Shown here piece after piece: positions 1-10,980 of a DNA stretch of 47,873 nucleotides. The notes beneath the pieces were generated by a model. It saw only the letters and a list, made by a program, of their open reading frames with translations. It searched no databases and was not told the origin of the DNA. The position numbers and the translations under genes were made by a program. The number at the start of each line of letters is the position of its first letter. The first letter of the stretch is position 1. The stretch comes from Chrysochromulina tobinii (Eukaryota). The stretch covers positions 1 through 47,873 of the forward strand of contig JWZX01003389.1 of the NCBI GenBank assembly GCA_001275005.1, written 5' to 3'.

Positions 1-81
1 GGGGGGGTCGGGGGGGGCGATGAGGGAGGCATGTGTCCGTGCCGCGTGCCCAGGACGGCGCGCGCCCAGGACGGCGCGTAC

Positions 82-3000
82 CGAGATGAGTTTGGGCTCC
101 GGCGCGTCTTTACTCCAAATCTTGAGCTCGAGATCGCTGCTCCCGACCGGACCTCCATTCGCGGAGGAGCCGAGGGCGTGGTACGTCGATGGCAGATGGA
201 TCTCCCCGGTAGGCAGCCGCGCCTCGACTATCTTGAGCAGCTCGAGAGGGGAGAGCACCTGCACGCCAACGGATGAGGGAGATCATCAGTGGATGAGGGA
301 GATCATCAGTGGAGCCATCAGGGAGGCCATCAGGGAGGCGCTCATCATGGCGCTCGATACAGCGCCCATTGTAGCGCTCATCACAGCGCTCACGCACCTC
401 ATCGACGGGCGTGTCGTCGCCATCCTGGTGCAGAAAGAAGATGCACATATCGCACGCGCCCACCTCGGACAGATAGAACAACCCGAACCCCTCCGCCTCA
501 TCCTTCGGGGGGGCAGCCGGATCAGGCTTGTGCACCACCTTGATTCGCGAGACGTTGACGCCAAGAGAGGCGGCGAGGTCCGCAGCCAGGCAGCGCATCA
601 GCGACTTGATCACCTTGGGAGCGTCTGTGGTGACACCAAGCCGCTTGGCCAACGGGCGCACCTGATGAAGGAAGCAATCAGACGCACTCAGATGCACTCC
701 AGCGCCTTCAGAGCCTCTCGGCCAACGCGCGTACCGTCAGCGAGCATTCACATTCACATTCACAGTCACAGTCACAGTCACACAACGCGCGTACCGTCAG
801 CGAGCATTCGGGCGACGACGAGTAACGGGCCATCTCGACGAGCAACGCCGATCGTGCAAGGAGCTCTTCGCGACGCAATGAGAGCGCCTTCTCGCGCTTC
901 GCACTGAGACGCGTGCCCTGGAGTAGGGGGAAGGGAGTAGGGGGAGGGAGTAGTGGGAGGGAGGAGGGAGAGGGAGTAGGGGGATGAGTACGGAGTGGGA
1001 GTAGTGGGAGGGAGTAGGGGGAGGGGGGCCATCAGCGAGGCTATCAGCGGCCATCAGCGGCCATCAGCGAGCAGTCACATTCACAGTGACACTCACCTGG
1101 AGTAGGGTTAGGCCTCGGATGCGCTGTGCGCGCGCGTGCTGCCAGGAGCGCCAATGGCACGCCTGCAGCACCGTGCTGAGCGCATGCTGCGCGCCCAGCG
1201 CCTCCCCGAGCACACAGGCGCGCTCCTGCCATACAGCGGTCGCCTTTTGCAGCTGGACTTTGGCGCTCTCAAAGGTGAGGACTTGGCGCTCGAGCAGCTG
1301 CATGCGGCGCACGCGCGAGCCATCGTCGAGTGGCCGTTGAGACGAGTAGAGCTGGATCTCCGCAGCCGCAGATTCGACCTCGAGGACGAGCTCCGTGATG
1401 GAAAGCTCGCGCGAGGCGACGGCCTGGACGGAGTGGCGAGCATGCTCGTGCAGTACGTACGATTGGCCGACGAGGAAGGGCAGCAAGCACGCATGGGTGT
1501 CCGTGAGGGCGTTGAAGGTGGCAGCGGCTCGAATCGCTCGCCGTGCTTGCACATGCAGAGCGCAGCGCTCGTGCACATCGGCGGCGATCAGATAGGCGAG
1601 CTTCTCGCGCTGCGCCGATGCAAAGGCGAGCTGTGAGCGGCGCTGCCCCTCGGAGACCACGGGCGGCTGCTCGTTGGCGTCGAAGAGCCGCTGCTGGTAC
1701 TGGAGGGAGCGCAGCTCTCCCTTGGCGTCTCCCAGCTTCAAGAGCACATCGCACTCGGCGAGCGCAGCATGCGGCATGGCGCCTAAGGCCTGCTGCGCCG
1801 CCTCGCGCTGCTCCTCGATCACACTCAAGCGCGCCATCACGTCCGCCTCGAGCGCCTCGAAGGCGGAGCGCATGGCGATCTCCCCGAGACGACGCCGGTG
1901 ATCCTCATAATGGTTGTGGAACATGGCGTTGTTCGCGAGCCAGAGGCGCACGCGTCGCTGCAGCGTGATGAGCATCCGAAGCGCATGACCCGTCTGGTCG
2001 CTCACAAAGGTACGCAGGAAGAGCGCGCGCTTGAGTCGGAGCTTTCGGAAGGCGATCTTGCCGATGCACCGTCGCACGGAGCGCTGCATCGTGTCGACGG
2101 CCGCGCGCTCCCGGAGCGACTTTGCGAGCGCTTTGCTGCGCGCCTGCTGCTGGGCACGCAGCTGCTTCTCGCCCATTTCGGCCTCGGTACGCCGCATCGC
2201 CTCTGCACGCCGCTGCGCCCGAAGCTCTGCCTCGGCCTGGCGCTTCTCCATGAGCTTCGCCTTCACAGCCTCCGCGAAGGAGTTGCCTCCTTTGCCGAGC
2301 TGCAGCCGGTTGCGATAGAAGCGCTGCACGACGCGTGCCGCCTTCTCCCGCTTCGCGTGCACGCGCGCCTTGACCCGCTTCGAGAACTGCGCCTGCCGGA
2401 TGAACGCTTGCACCATCTTCGTGCGCTCCACACGCCCGATACTGATCGCGCTTGAGCAGGTAGAAGGCCGATGCCCCGTTGGGGCATCCCTCGGGGGGGC
2501 GGTAGAAGACCTCAGCGAGCACCTGCAGTTGGGGGGGGGGAATCAGAGGCCATCAGAGAGGCCATCAGAGAGGTCATCAGAGAGTTCATCAGAGAGGCCA
2601 TCAAAAAGCTCATCAGAGAGGCCATCAGAGAAGCCATCAGAGAGGCCATCAGAGGCGCTGCGACGAGCACCTTCCAGTTGACCGCCTCGGCCGCCGACTC
2701 CAACCCTGCGCTCGGCAGCGGCGTGCCCATGCCTTCGCCCTCGCCGCCGCCCTCGCCGCCGCCATTGAGGGGTTCTCGACGCAAGCGCAGCGCCACGGTC
2801 GACTCGACCGCCTCGATAGCGAGGCTTTGCTCTCGGGTGAAGAGGCGCTTGAACGCCGTCTCGGCAGCCATCATGCGGCGCACATCAGACCGACTGTTTG
2901 TCAGCTCGGCGTCGAACTCTGTGCCTTTGAACCATCGAAGGAAAAAGGGATCGGACATGGTGGGCAGGGGCAGCCGGCACACATCCGTCCCCATCTTGAG

Positions 3001-4761
3001 CAGATAATTGAGGCCGTCCCACAGCCCAGGCGACTCGCGTGTCCGGCTACTCTCTGTGGGCGGCGTGCAGGCAAATCGGAGCGAGTATTGGGAGAAGATG
3101 TGAGGCGGCGGCGGACCGCGCGTACGGGCTTCGAGAATTCGGGCGAGGTCGCCGCCGCCGCCGCCGCCATCGCCACGGCTCGATGCACGCTCAAGCCTGC
3201 CAGCGGAGGCTCCTTCACAGGCTCCTTCACAGGCTCCTTCACTGCTCCCGCTGTGGGCACCGACCGAAGCGATGCTGCTCGCCACGTGCGCACCCCCAGC
3301 GCCCACGCCGGCGCGCTGAATCTTCGCGATCGCGACCTTCTCACCACGGCGTGCTTCCTTCTTGCGCCGCCTCTCGCGCTGCTCGAGCAAAGACGTCGCT
3401 TGCTGACGCATCGCCTGCGCCGCCTCCTGCGCCGCCAGCCACGCCATCGACGCCTCGATGACGTGGCAAGAGGCGAGGCGCAGACCCCCAAGGGCCGCCT
3501 TTGCCGCCCGGACCACTGACGCCTGCTTCGCCGCCGCACTCGCGTTGCCACGCCCGTAAGCCTGCAGCCGAAGCGCGAGGTTGATCAGCCCCTCGATGTG
3601 CGCCTCCCGCACGGCGCAGAGGGATAGCCAGCCTTGGGGCAGCCTACCGCTCGGGTCGCGAGGCGTGCTCAGCACGAACGCGTCGTCAGCGCTCACCGGG
3701 ATCGGCAGCGCTGGCGGCGACTCGAAGCCCACCACGGCGCCCAGCATCGCTCCAGGGCTCAGCCCATGATGGGCGCCATGGTGGGCGCCATGGTGGGCGT
3801 GCTGGCCCTTGTACCCACTCGGGCGCGCCGTGTGCGGTGGGGCCGGCAGATTGAGGTTGAAGCTACCAGTGAGCAGCGCTGCGTCGCTCTCGACCTCATA
3901 TGCTGTGGAGAGCTCGCGAGAAAAGGGGCGCCACTTGCCTCGCAGCTTTTGGGTGATCGTGTGCGGCAGCGGTGCGCCGAGTTCGCGCCAGTCGAGGGAG
4001 AGGAACGCCGCGGTCTGCAGCTGGCGGTCGGTCGCGTACACGCGCGTCACCTGCGAAAAGTCGCGTAGGGGCGCCGGCTTCTCCGCCGCGCTGATTGCGA
4101 GCAGCCGTCCCGAGTGCGGCTGCCGGAGCGAGAGGAGATTCACGAGATCATGTCGAGGTGGCTGCAAGAGGCCGATAGTTAAGCGCCGCCGTGCCGAGTC
4201 GTGCCGCCCGGGCTTCATCACGCGCTGCCACGTATCGTCCAGGCTGAGCACGCGCTGCGACGACTCCACCATCGGGATCACCTCCAATCGGGCCTGCGCC
4301 TCCTTGAAGGCTGCCGCGCTCTCGGCCGCGCTCGGAACGGCGCTCGTACCCTTGGGTCGGCTCGCGCGTGGCGTGCGCATCTTGGGAGGCAACGAGGGCG
4401 GAGGTAACGGCGCCTTGGTCGCAGCGGCCCGGGTGCTGCCCGCAGCCGCAGAGGGCCGTGCGCCGCCCACGGCCGCGCTTGGCCGCGGCTCCGCGGCGTT
4501 GGACACTCCAGGCTCGAGCTTCGCTCTTTGGCCGCTCGACGTGGGAGGGCGGGGCTCGTCGACCATGAAGACCTCAATCTCAGGCTCTTCCTCCTCGTCG
4601 GAGCACTCCTCCCTGAGCGGGCTCATCGAGCCGCTCACGGCCCCGGCAGGCACCGCCTCGCCTGTGGAGCACAGGCTGACTGCCTTCTCCGAGGATGGCA
4701 GTGGCTCGGAAGGATCATAGTCGGGCGCCTCCTCGTTGGCATCGAATTCCTCGTCAGCCAT
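82..4761 (-). CDS. Large multi-exon IQ-motif/coiled-coil protein, 3' end beyond window edge. Exons approx. 4761-2671, 2522-1097, 917-795, 661-398, 258-82
   Basis: Minus-strand ORFs 2512..4848, 1064..2431 and 110..697 join through GT-AG introns 2523-2670, 918-1096, 662-794 and 259-397; a further donor lies at 81. IQ-like motifs AARVVQRFYRNRL, AVDTMQRSVRRCI, LITLQRRVRLWL. One apparent +1 frameshift near 2432. Confidence 0.7.
2547..2655 (-). repeat. Intronic 12-bp tandem repeat (gaggccatcaga)n
   Basis: About 9 imperfect copies inside intron 2523-2670. Confidence 0.9.
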
Positions 4762-5030
4762 GACGAAGATCTCGGGTTCGCGAGTTGGTCTGTCGCGTCC
4801 GTTCGTCGATTTCATCTTTTTGAAACAGATTCCATTCCAGTACCTCAAGTTAGCCGATCAGTCAGTCGTCATTCAGCCATCACGGCTAGACGCACAACAG
4901 CCGTTCCCTAGCGAACTTCTTGGCCCGAGAAAGTGCTTGCATTCTCGGAGCTCATGTCGCCTAGAAAGGTTCGCGTCGAGCAACACAGACAAGTGCAGAT
5001 CCTTTTTGGTGCAAATCTCTTCTCGGCAAC

Positions 5031-7232
5031 ATGAGCGAGGACCTGCAGAACACGCTCAATACGTCGAACTCTACGAGCGCTCTCACACCGTCCGAGCTGG
5101 TGCGGCGGAAGACCGAGCGAGAACGCCCGACTCTCGCCGCCATGGTCGACAAGCTGGCGGCCAAGGCCAATGAGAAGGGCAACGCGAAGCAGGCGAAGGT
5201 CCTGTACGCGGCGAGCCTCACGCTGGAGCCGACCCTCGCGCGGCGCGTTTCTATGGCCAACATGATGCTCAAGAGCGGCGAAGCGGACCAGGCGCAACAT
5301 GAGTACAATGAGATCCTCTCGTCGGGTGAGCCGCTGAGCGAGAAGATCAAGACCATGGTGGAGCGGAAGCTGGGCGAGTGTATCTATCAAGACATGTCCG
5401 CCGCCCCGGGCCTGTCGCTCGCTGAGAAGCTCAAGGTCGCTTCGAAGATGCGAGCCTCAAGTCCGGCTCGCCCCGCCGTCATCGTTGCCGCCCCGCCGTC
5501 GAACTTTGGCGCCGCAGCTGAGATTACGCTCGCGGCCAAGCAGCTCTTTGACGCCGGGCAGGTGTCCAACGGCGAGGGGAAAGCGAGCGAGGCGCGGGTG
5601 CTGTTCGTCGCGTCGCACACGCTGAGCGGTGCGATGTCGGCGCGCATCTCGGCCGCGAACATGGCGCTCAAGCTCGGAGGTCCCGCGGCGCTCGAGGCAG
5701 CGAGTGAGTACGAGGGCATTCTGAGCCATGCTGGGACAGAGCAGCTGAGCAGCACCGCTGAGGAGATGGTGCGGCGCAAGCTGGCAGAGGCCCGGGCCCC
5801 GGCGGCGGCGGCGGCCGAGAAGGCGGCGGCCGAGAAGACGGCGGCCGAGGAGGCGGCGGCTGAGAGGTCGGCGGCGGCCAAGGCGGCGGCAGCGGCCGAG
5901 AAGGCGGCGGCTGATGAGGCGGCGGCCGAGAAGGCGGCGGCCGAGACGGCGGCTGCAGTGGCGGCGGCTGCAGTGGCGGAGGCTGAGAAGGCGGCGGCCG
6001 AGGCGGCGGCAGCGGCCGAGAAGGCGGGGGCCGAGAAGGCGGCGGCCGAGAAGGAGGTCTCGGCCGCCGACAAGGCGGCGGCCGAGAAGGCGGCGGCGGC
6101 TGAGGCGATTGCACAGCAGGAGGCGGCCACGAAGCTGCAAGCTGCCGGTAGGGGCAAAGCTGCTAGGGCCATGGTTGCTGACATGAAGGCCGAGAAGGCG
6201 GCGGGCGAGGCCATCCTGGCGAGCCTGCGCACGACTGCTCCATCGGCGATTCACATTCACAGCTCCATGCAGGCGAGCCTGAGCACGACTGCGGCGGCCG
6301 AGACGGCGATGGCGGCCGAGAAGGGGGCGGCTCAGGCGTCGACACGAGCTAAAGAGGTGGTCGACACAGCTGTCGACAAAGCCCTTGAGCGGGAGCAGGA
6401 GACCACCGCCGCCGCCGCCACCGCCGCCGCTGCCGCCGCCGTGCCGCCGTCGCCGGCAAAGAGTGAAATGAGCGCTGTGACTGCGACAAGCGGGATGACA
6501 GACTACCAGGACGCTCTGAATCTCGACGATCTGGATGAGTTTCGTGATGTGGAGCAGGAGCACCACGCCGCAGCGCGCATGCAGGCGATCGCGCGCGGCC
6601 GTTCTGATCGGCGAATGCTCAAGGGCCAGCAGCAGGCTAGGAGCGAGGCGGAGGAGCTCGGGGAAGAGCTCGCGAGGGAGATAGTACTCGAGGCGCTCGG
6701 GTCGGAGACGACCAACACGGCGCCTCTTAGGGAAGAGCTCGCGAGGGAGATAGTACCTGAGGCACTCGGGTTGGAGACGATCAATCTGGTCGACTATCCC
6801 GAGGCCAAGTCACTGGTCGCCGCGGCCATCGCGACGGGTATCTCGATGTATCTGGAGGCGGATGCGGCGGCTGAGAAGGCGGCGGCGGCGTGGGTAGAGG
6901 ACGCGGTGCTTGTCGAGGCGCCGCTGGTCGAGATGGCGGCTGAGGAGGAGTCCGTCCTTCGCACGGCCGCGTCGCCACCGGCGCCTTCAAACCCGCTCTC
7001 TACGGCGCCCTCAATGCCGCTCGTGTCCGTGACACAGCCGTCCCCGGCCGAGAAGGCGGCGGCGGCCGAGAAGGCGGCGGCGCTTGCGCGAGACGTGGCC
7101 AGCATCAAGACTCACACGTATGCCCTGGGGCCCGCGGCAGAGAGGGCGGCGAACTCCGATGAAGTGCCAAGCACCAAGGTGGAGGCGGTGGGCAGCAAGA
7201 AGGGCGGCGGTGGCTGCTGTGCAATCATGTGA
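5031..7232 (+). CDS. Ala/Glu/Lys-rich protein with two N-terminal helical (TPR-like) repeats, two IQ motifs and C-terminal CaaX box
   Basis: 733-aa ORF. Repeated unit (GxAxxAxVL(Y/F)xASxTL...R(V/I)SxANMxLK.G...A..EY..ILS); AATKLQAAGRGK and AARMQAIARGR; ends KKGGGGCCAIM. Confidence 0.8.
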   Translation: MSEDLQNTLNTSNSTSALTPSELVRRKTERERPTLAAMVDKLAAKANEKGNAKQAKVLYAASLTLEPTLARRVSMANMMLKSGEADQAQHEYNEILSSGEPLSEKIKTMVERKLGECIYQDMSAAPGLSLAEKLKVASKMRASSPARPAVIVAAPPSNFGAAAEITLAAKQLFDAGQVSNGEGKASEARVLFVASHTLSGAMSARISAANMALKLGGPAALEAASEYEGILSHAGTEQLSSTAEEMVRRKLAEARAPAAAAAEKAAAEKTAAEEAAAERSAAAKAAAAAEKAAADEAAAEKAAAETAAAVAAAAVAEAEKAAAEAAAAAEKAGAEKAAAEKEVSAADKAAAEKAAAAEAIAQQEAATKLQAAGRGKAARAMVADMKAEKAAGEAILASLRTTAPSAIHIHSSMQASLSTTAAAETAMAAEKGAAQASTRAKEVVDTAVDKALEREQETTAAAATAAAAAAVPPSPAKSEMSAVTATSGMTDYQDALNLDDLDEFRDVEQEHHAAARMQAIARGRSDRRMLKGQQQARSEAEELGEELAREIVLEALGSETTNTAPLREELAREIVPEALGLETINLVDYPEAKSLVAAAIATGISMYLEADAAAEKAAAAWVEDAVLVEAPLVEMAAEEESVLRTAASPPAPSNPLSTAPSMPLVSVTQPSPAEKAAAAEKAAALARDVASIKTHTYALGPAAERAANSDEVPSTKVEAVGSKKGGGGCCAIM
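6660..6780 (+). repeat. In-frame 69-bp-period internal duplication (EELAREIVxEALGxET twice)
   Basis: gggaagagctcgcgagggagatagtac... occurs at ~6661 and ~6730. Confidence 0.85.
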
Positions 7233-7805
7233 GCTAGCGGGAGGCGGTGCATGACCTAATCGAGGCACTGCGTGGCGGTTACGGTATTATGCTCGCCGCC
7301 GCAGCGTTGTATCAGGGGGCATGTCGGAGTATTCGTAGTTTCGCACAGTGGCCTGGCCGGGCGGGGCGGTTGTGTGCTCTCGCCCCTGCCGTACTCTCTC
7401 TGGTGCCGCGGCGGAGAGCGCTTAGAGAGCGCACAATACGATCGTGTGAAACATGACATGTGTCACCAAGATGCGAGCGCGCGATTGGCCCCGAACGATG
7501 CCACACGACAAAGCACCGCGGCGGCTCGCGGGGCTCGCAAACCTCTAACCTGTTCTATGTAACCTGCCGGTCGACCCGGCCGCACCGGGTCGACGAAGAG
7601 GTCGAAGCCGCGGCGCTATAGCCTAGGGTGCCAAGTGCGTCGCGCTGGGTCGCGTCGTGTCCGTTCGACGTACTCTTGGACTGTACTACCGTCTGTACGA
7701 CACGGGCAACGTCGCGGGACGTGCGGTGCACGCGGAGGTCGGTGCGGCTGCACGGCTGGCATGTCCGCGATTTGTCGCCGTACGTCGTTGGGACGTTCGC
7801 AATCT

Positions 7806-8828
7806 CTAAGCCTGGGACGGTGCTGTCTTGCCGTCTGCGCTCGCCAGCGCCATGGCTTCCTGGAGCAAGCCCTCGAGCTCCATCATGTCTCTAAGGTCTC
7901 TTGCGAGTGCATGTCCGAGCTCCTCATGCAGGTGAGTATGGACCTGTACGCGGCGAGCATGAGGTGAGGATGCGCGCATTGCCTCCTCGAGATGCTGCGC
8001 CTCGAACACGTCAGCCGCAGAGAGCGTGCCCACGTGCACGTGTATTACGAGTGCACGTGTATCACATGTGGCGTCACATGTGCCTGGCTGCTCTGCACTG
8101 CGCTGGGCGAGTGGCGGCACTTGGGCACCATGCACTTGGGCACCGTGCACGCTGTGCTGCACGCCCTCACACACGCCCTCACGCACGCCCTGCTTTGCGG
8201 CCAGCCGCGCTTGCTCGACGCGTCGCTGCACGCGAGGGTCCCTCCAAGCAGTTTCCGCGGTCACCAGCGTGCGCCTCCAGCTTTCCCTCGCCGAGTCAGC
8301 AAGTACGCGTGCGGTGTGCTGGCTTTGATCCCACGGCTCTAGGGCAGTGGGCAGCCGACCAGCGTGGCGAGCGGACCACGCAGCCTTGAGCGCGTGCAAG
8401 TTGGCGTCGAAAGGCATGGCCGGCAGCCCGAGCACCGATCGGTCTTGCGGCTCGATTACAATCTGTGGTGCAAAGGCGAGAATGACTGTGGGCACTCTGT
8501 GGCTGAGCGCCAACCCTGCACGAATCGCCGCGTAGCCACCCATACTTGCGCCGACCAGCACGATGCCCTTTGGCTGCAGGCTCTCCACTTCCTCGTCCAG
8601 TACAGCAACCACATCCTCAAAGCTGCCATCATCACCAAGACCAAGAAGAAACCAGGCGCTCTTCAAATCCCTTAAGAAGAGCGCGTGAGTGGCACCTGCT
8701 CTCTGCGAGCTTTTGACAAACTCGTGGTGCGACACACCACCAGCGCCACCACCAAGCGACGAGAAGGCCACGAGTAAGCAGTCGGCTGACCGCGAGTCGT
8801 CGTACACACGAAGGACGCTCTCACACAT
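7806..8828 (-). CDS. Alpha/beta-hydrolase fold protein
   Basis: Nucleophile elbow LVGASMGGYAA, LLVAFSS, FAPQ and a C-terminal GH; start at ATG 8828 assumed. Confidence 0.75.
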   Translation of the reverse strand: MCESVLRVYDDSRSADCLLVAFSSLGGGAGGVSHHEFVKSSQRAGATHALFLRDLKSAWFLLGLGDDGSFEDVVAVLDEEVESLQPKGIVLVGASMGGYAAIRAGLALSHRVPTVILAFAPQIVIEPQDRSVLGLPAMPFDANLHALKAAWSARHAGRLPTALEPWDQSQHTARVLADSARESWRRTLVTAETAWRDPRVQRRVEQARLAAKQGVREGVCEGVQHSVHGAQVHGAQVPPLAQRSAEQPGTCDATCDTRALVIHVHVGTLSAADVFEAQHLEEAMRASSPHARRVQVHTHLHEELGHALARDLRDMMELEGLLQEAMALASADGKTAPSQA

Positions 8829-9018
8829 GGAATTGCCGTCTGTGAAAAGGCATTCTGCCACGCCTGAAGGTAAACGTCACGCAACACGGAACTATCCATG
8901 GCTCTGAGCACAAATCTCGCGCTCTTCACAGTTAAAACGTCACGCAACGCGGAGCTCTCCATGGCTCCGATCACCCCAAATCGAATCGCGCCACACGCGG
9001 CGCTTCCACGAACCATCA

Positions 9019-10584
9019 ATGAAAAGGCCGGACGCCGACGCGGAGAGTGAGGCACGTCGGTTGTCCGGAGGCCCGAACCGGCCTGTAGGGCGCCTCGCGT
9101 GGCACCAGATGGTCGGCATCACCTTCTTCGCCGTATGCGGTGGCAACTATGGCATGGAGGATGCGGTGGGTGCTGCGGGTCCGCGACTGACGATGATCGG
9201 CCTGCTGCTGCTGCCCATGTTCTGGTCGCTGCCTATCGGGCTCATGACCGCCGAGCTCAGCGCCATGATCCCCGAGGCGGGCGGCTACGTCGTGTGGGTG
9301 CACCGCGCTCTTGGCCCGTTCTGGGCGCACCAGAACGCGCTTTGGAACCTGGTTGCGAATGCCTTCGACAATGCGCTGTACCCGGTCATGTTCGTCGACT
9401 ACCTCAAGTTCTTCCAACTGTTCCGCCGCCTCAACGGGCTGCGCAGCTGGCTCGTGTCGGTTGGCATGCTGATCTGCGTCACCGGGCTCAACCTGCTCGG
9501 CGTCGACGTGGTCGCGTCGTCGTCGACACTGTTCGCGGTGCTGGTGATCTCGCCGTTCGCGGCACTGACGATCGCGGGCGCACCCGCGCTCGACATGCAC
9601 GCGCTGTTCGCGCCCTGTGAACGCCCGATAGAGTGGGGCACTTTCCTGTCGGTGCTGCTGTGGAACACGAGTGGTTACGACTCGGCGGGAGCCCTCGCCG
9701 CAGAGGTGCGTGACCCGGGGACGGACTTCCCGAAGGCGATGGTGGTGACGATCGTGCTGGTGACGATCGTCTACCTGCTCCCGCTCGCCGTCGCCATCTC
9801 GCTCGATCACGAGAATCTCGACGATTGGACAGACGGTCACTTTGCGCAGGTGGCGCAGGCCCATGTGGGCGAGTGGCTCTCTGCTTGGATTGCCCTTGGG
9901 GGCGCCATCTCGGCGGTCGGGCTGCTGAACACGCTCCTGTGCACGTCCGCACGCGTCGCCGCCTCCTCGGCGAAGCTCTACGTGCTCCCACCTTGCCTGG
10001 GCGAGCTCGAGCGCCGTGACGGGCAGCCGAGGAGAGCGACCCTTGCCATGAGCTGCCTGCTCGCCGTCGCTTGCTTGCTCGAGTTCTCGGAGCTCGTCTC
10101 GATCTCGATGCTCTTCTACGGCGCGACCACGTTCCTCGAGTTCGTGGCGCTCATCGTGCTACGCTATCGCGAGGAGCACACCTACAGGCCGTACCGCATC
10201 CCACTGGGAAATCGGATGTTGGTCGTGGCAAGCCTGCCCTCTCTCGGCCTCTGCGTGCTGCTCATCGCGCTCTCGGACTACAGGTCGGTCATCTTCTTCT
10301 TCTTCACCTCTGTCTTCGGCACCCTCACCTACTTCCTCGCGCACGGGTGCGAGCCGCGCGCGATCGGGCACATGCAGCGCCCCTTTTGGCGCCTACGCGC
10401 GCACCTGGGCATGCAATTCGGGCACAGCTCACCGTCGGGCTACGGGCCGTGCCCCAAGACAGAGCGGGCACACAACCTGGCGGCCGGCGCCGGCGCCGGC
10501 ACCAACGGGCTCAGCTGCGCCGATGCAGAGGCCGGAGAACACAGCCGAAACTCATCCCCGCCCAGGGTCACTCAAGACACTTGA
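9019..10584 (+). CDS. APC-superfamily amino acid/polyamine transporter (plant PUT/RMV1-like)
   Basis: FFAVCGGNYGMEDAV, WSLPIGLMTAELS, GGYVVWV, DNALYPVMFVDY, WNTSGYDSAG; about 12 hydrophobic segments. Confidence 0.92.
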   Translation: MKRPDADAESEARRLSGGPNRPVGRLAWHQMVGITFFAVCGGNYGMEDAVGAAGPRLTMIGLLLLPMFWSLPIGLMTAELSAMIPEAGGYVVWVHRALGPFWAHQNALWNLVANAFDNALYPVMFVDYLKFFQLFRRLNGLRSWLVSVGMLICVTGLNLLGVDVVASSSTLFAVLVISPFAALTIAGAPALDMHALFAPCERPIEWGTFLSVLLWNTSGYDSAGALAAEVRDPGTDFPKAMVVTIVLVTIVYLLPLAVAISLDHENLDDWTDGHFAQVAQAHVGEWLSAWIALGGAISAVGLLNTLLCTSARVAASSAKLYVLPPCLGELERRDGQPRRATLAMSCLLAVACLLEFSELVSISMLFYGATTFLEFVALIVLRYREEHTYRPYRIPLGNRMLVVASLPSLGLCVLLIALSDYRSVIFFFFTSVFGTLTYFLAHGCEPRAIGHMQRPFWRLRAHLGMQFGHSSPSGYGPCPKTERAHNLAAGAGAGTNGLSCADAEAGEHSRNSSPPRVTQDT

Positions 10585-10980
10585 CTCCCCGGGTGTCCCG
10601 AGTGTTGAGTGTATAAAACAATAGGTTCCTACGTCATATCATAGTCAGTCTCCAGGGCCGTCCCCACTTGTCTTTCCTTTTGTGTTTTGAACACGAAACA
10701 TGTACCCAATAGTCGCGCATGCATCCTGTAACATACACGGAACGTCTCCCGGCGTTGCTTATTACCCAGCAGGTCGAACGGAGACATTTTGCAGGGCGAA
10801 ACAAGAAATCACACGAACCCATTTTTCTCATGGTGGCTCGTCTCGTGGCTTTCGCTGCACTTGCAGGAAACAACCGCAACAACTCTCTGCAGTACTGCTC
10901 GGCGTATTTATAGTGCAATATAGTGAACGAGTAAACTTGCGTGCTGCGGGGGTTTATATTCAACGCAGTCTCGAGTAGCT

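Noticed and set aside
1100..1112. tagggttagg telomere-like sequence
   Set aside because: Under two units and within coding sequence.
2547..2655. Regular repeats as a possible CRISPR array (also 29483-29569)
   Set aside because: No unique spacers, no cas genes, eukaryotic context.
5387..6566. Long antisense and alternative-frame ORFs (poly-Ala/Ser, Arg/Leu, Pro-rich)
   Set aside because: Shadow frames of the GC-rich repetitive 5031-7232 gene; the same applies to most overlapping ORFs in the track.
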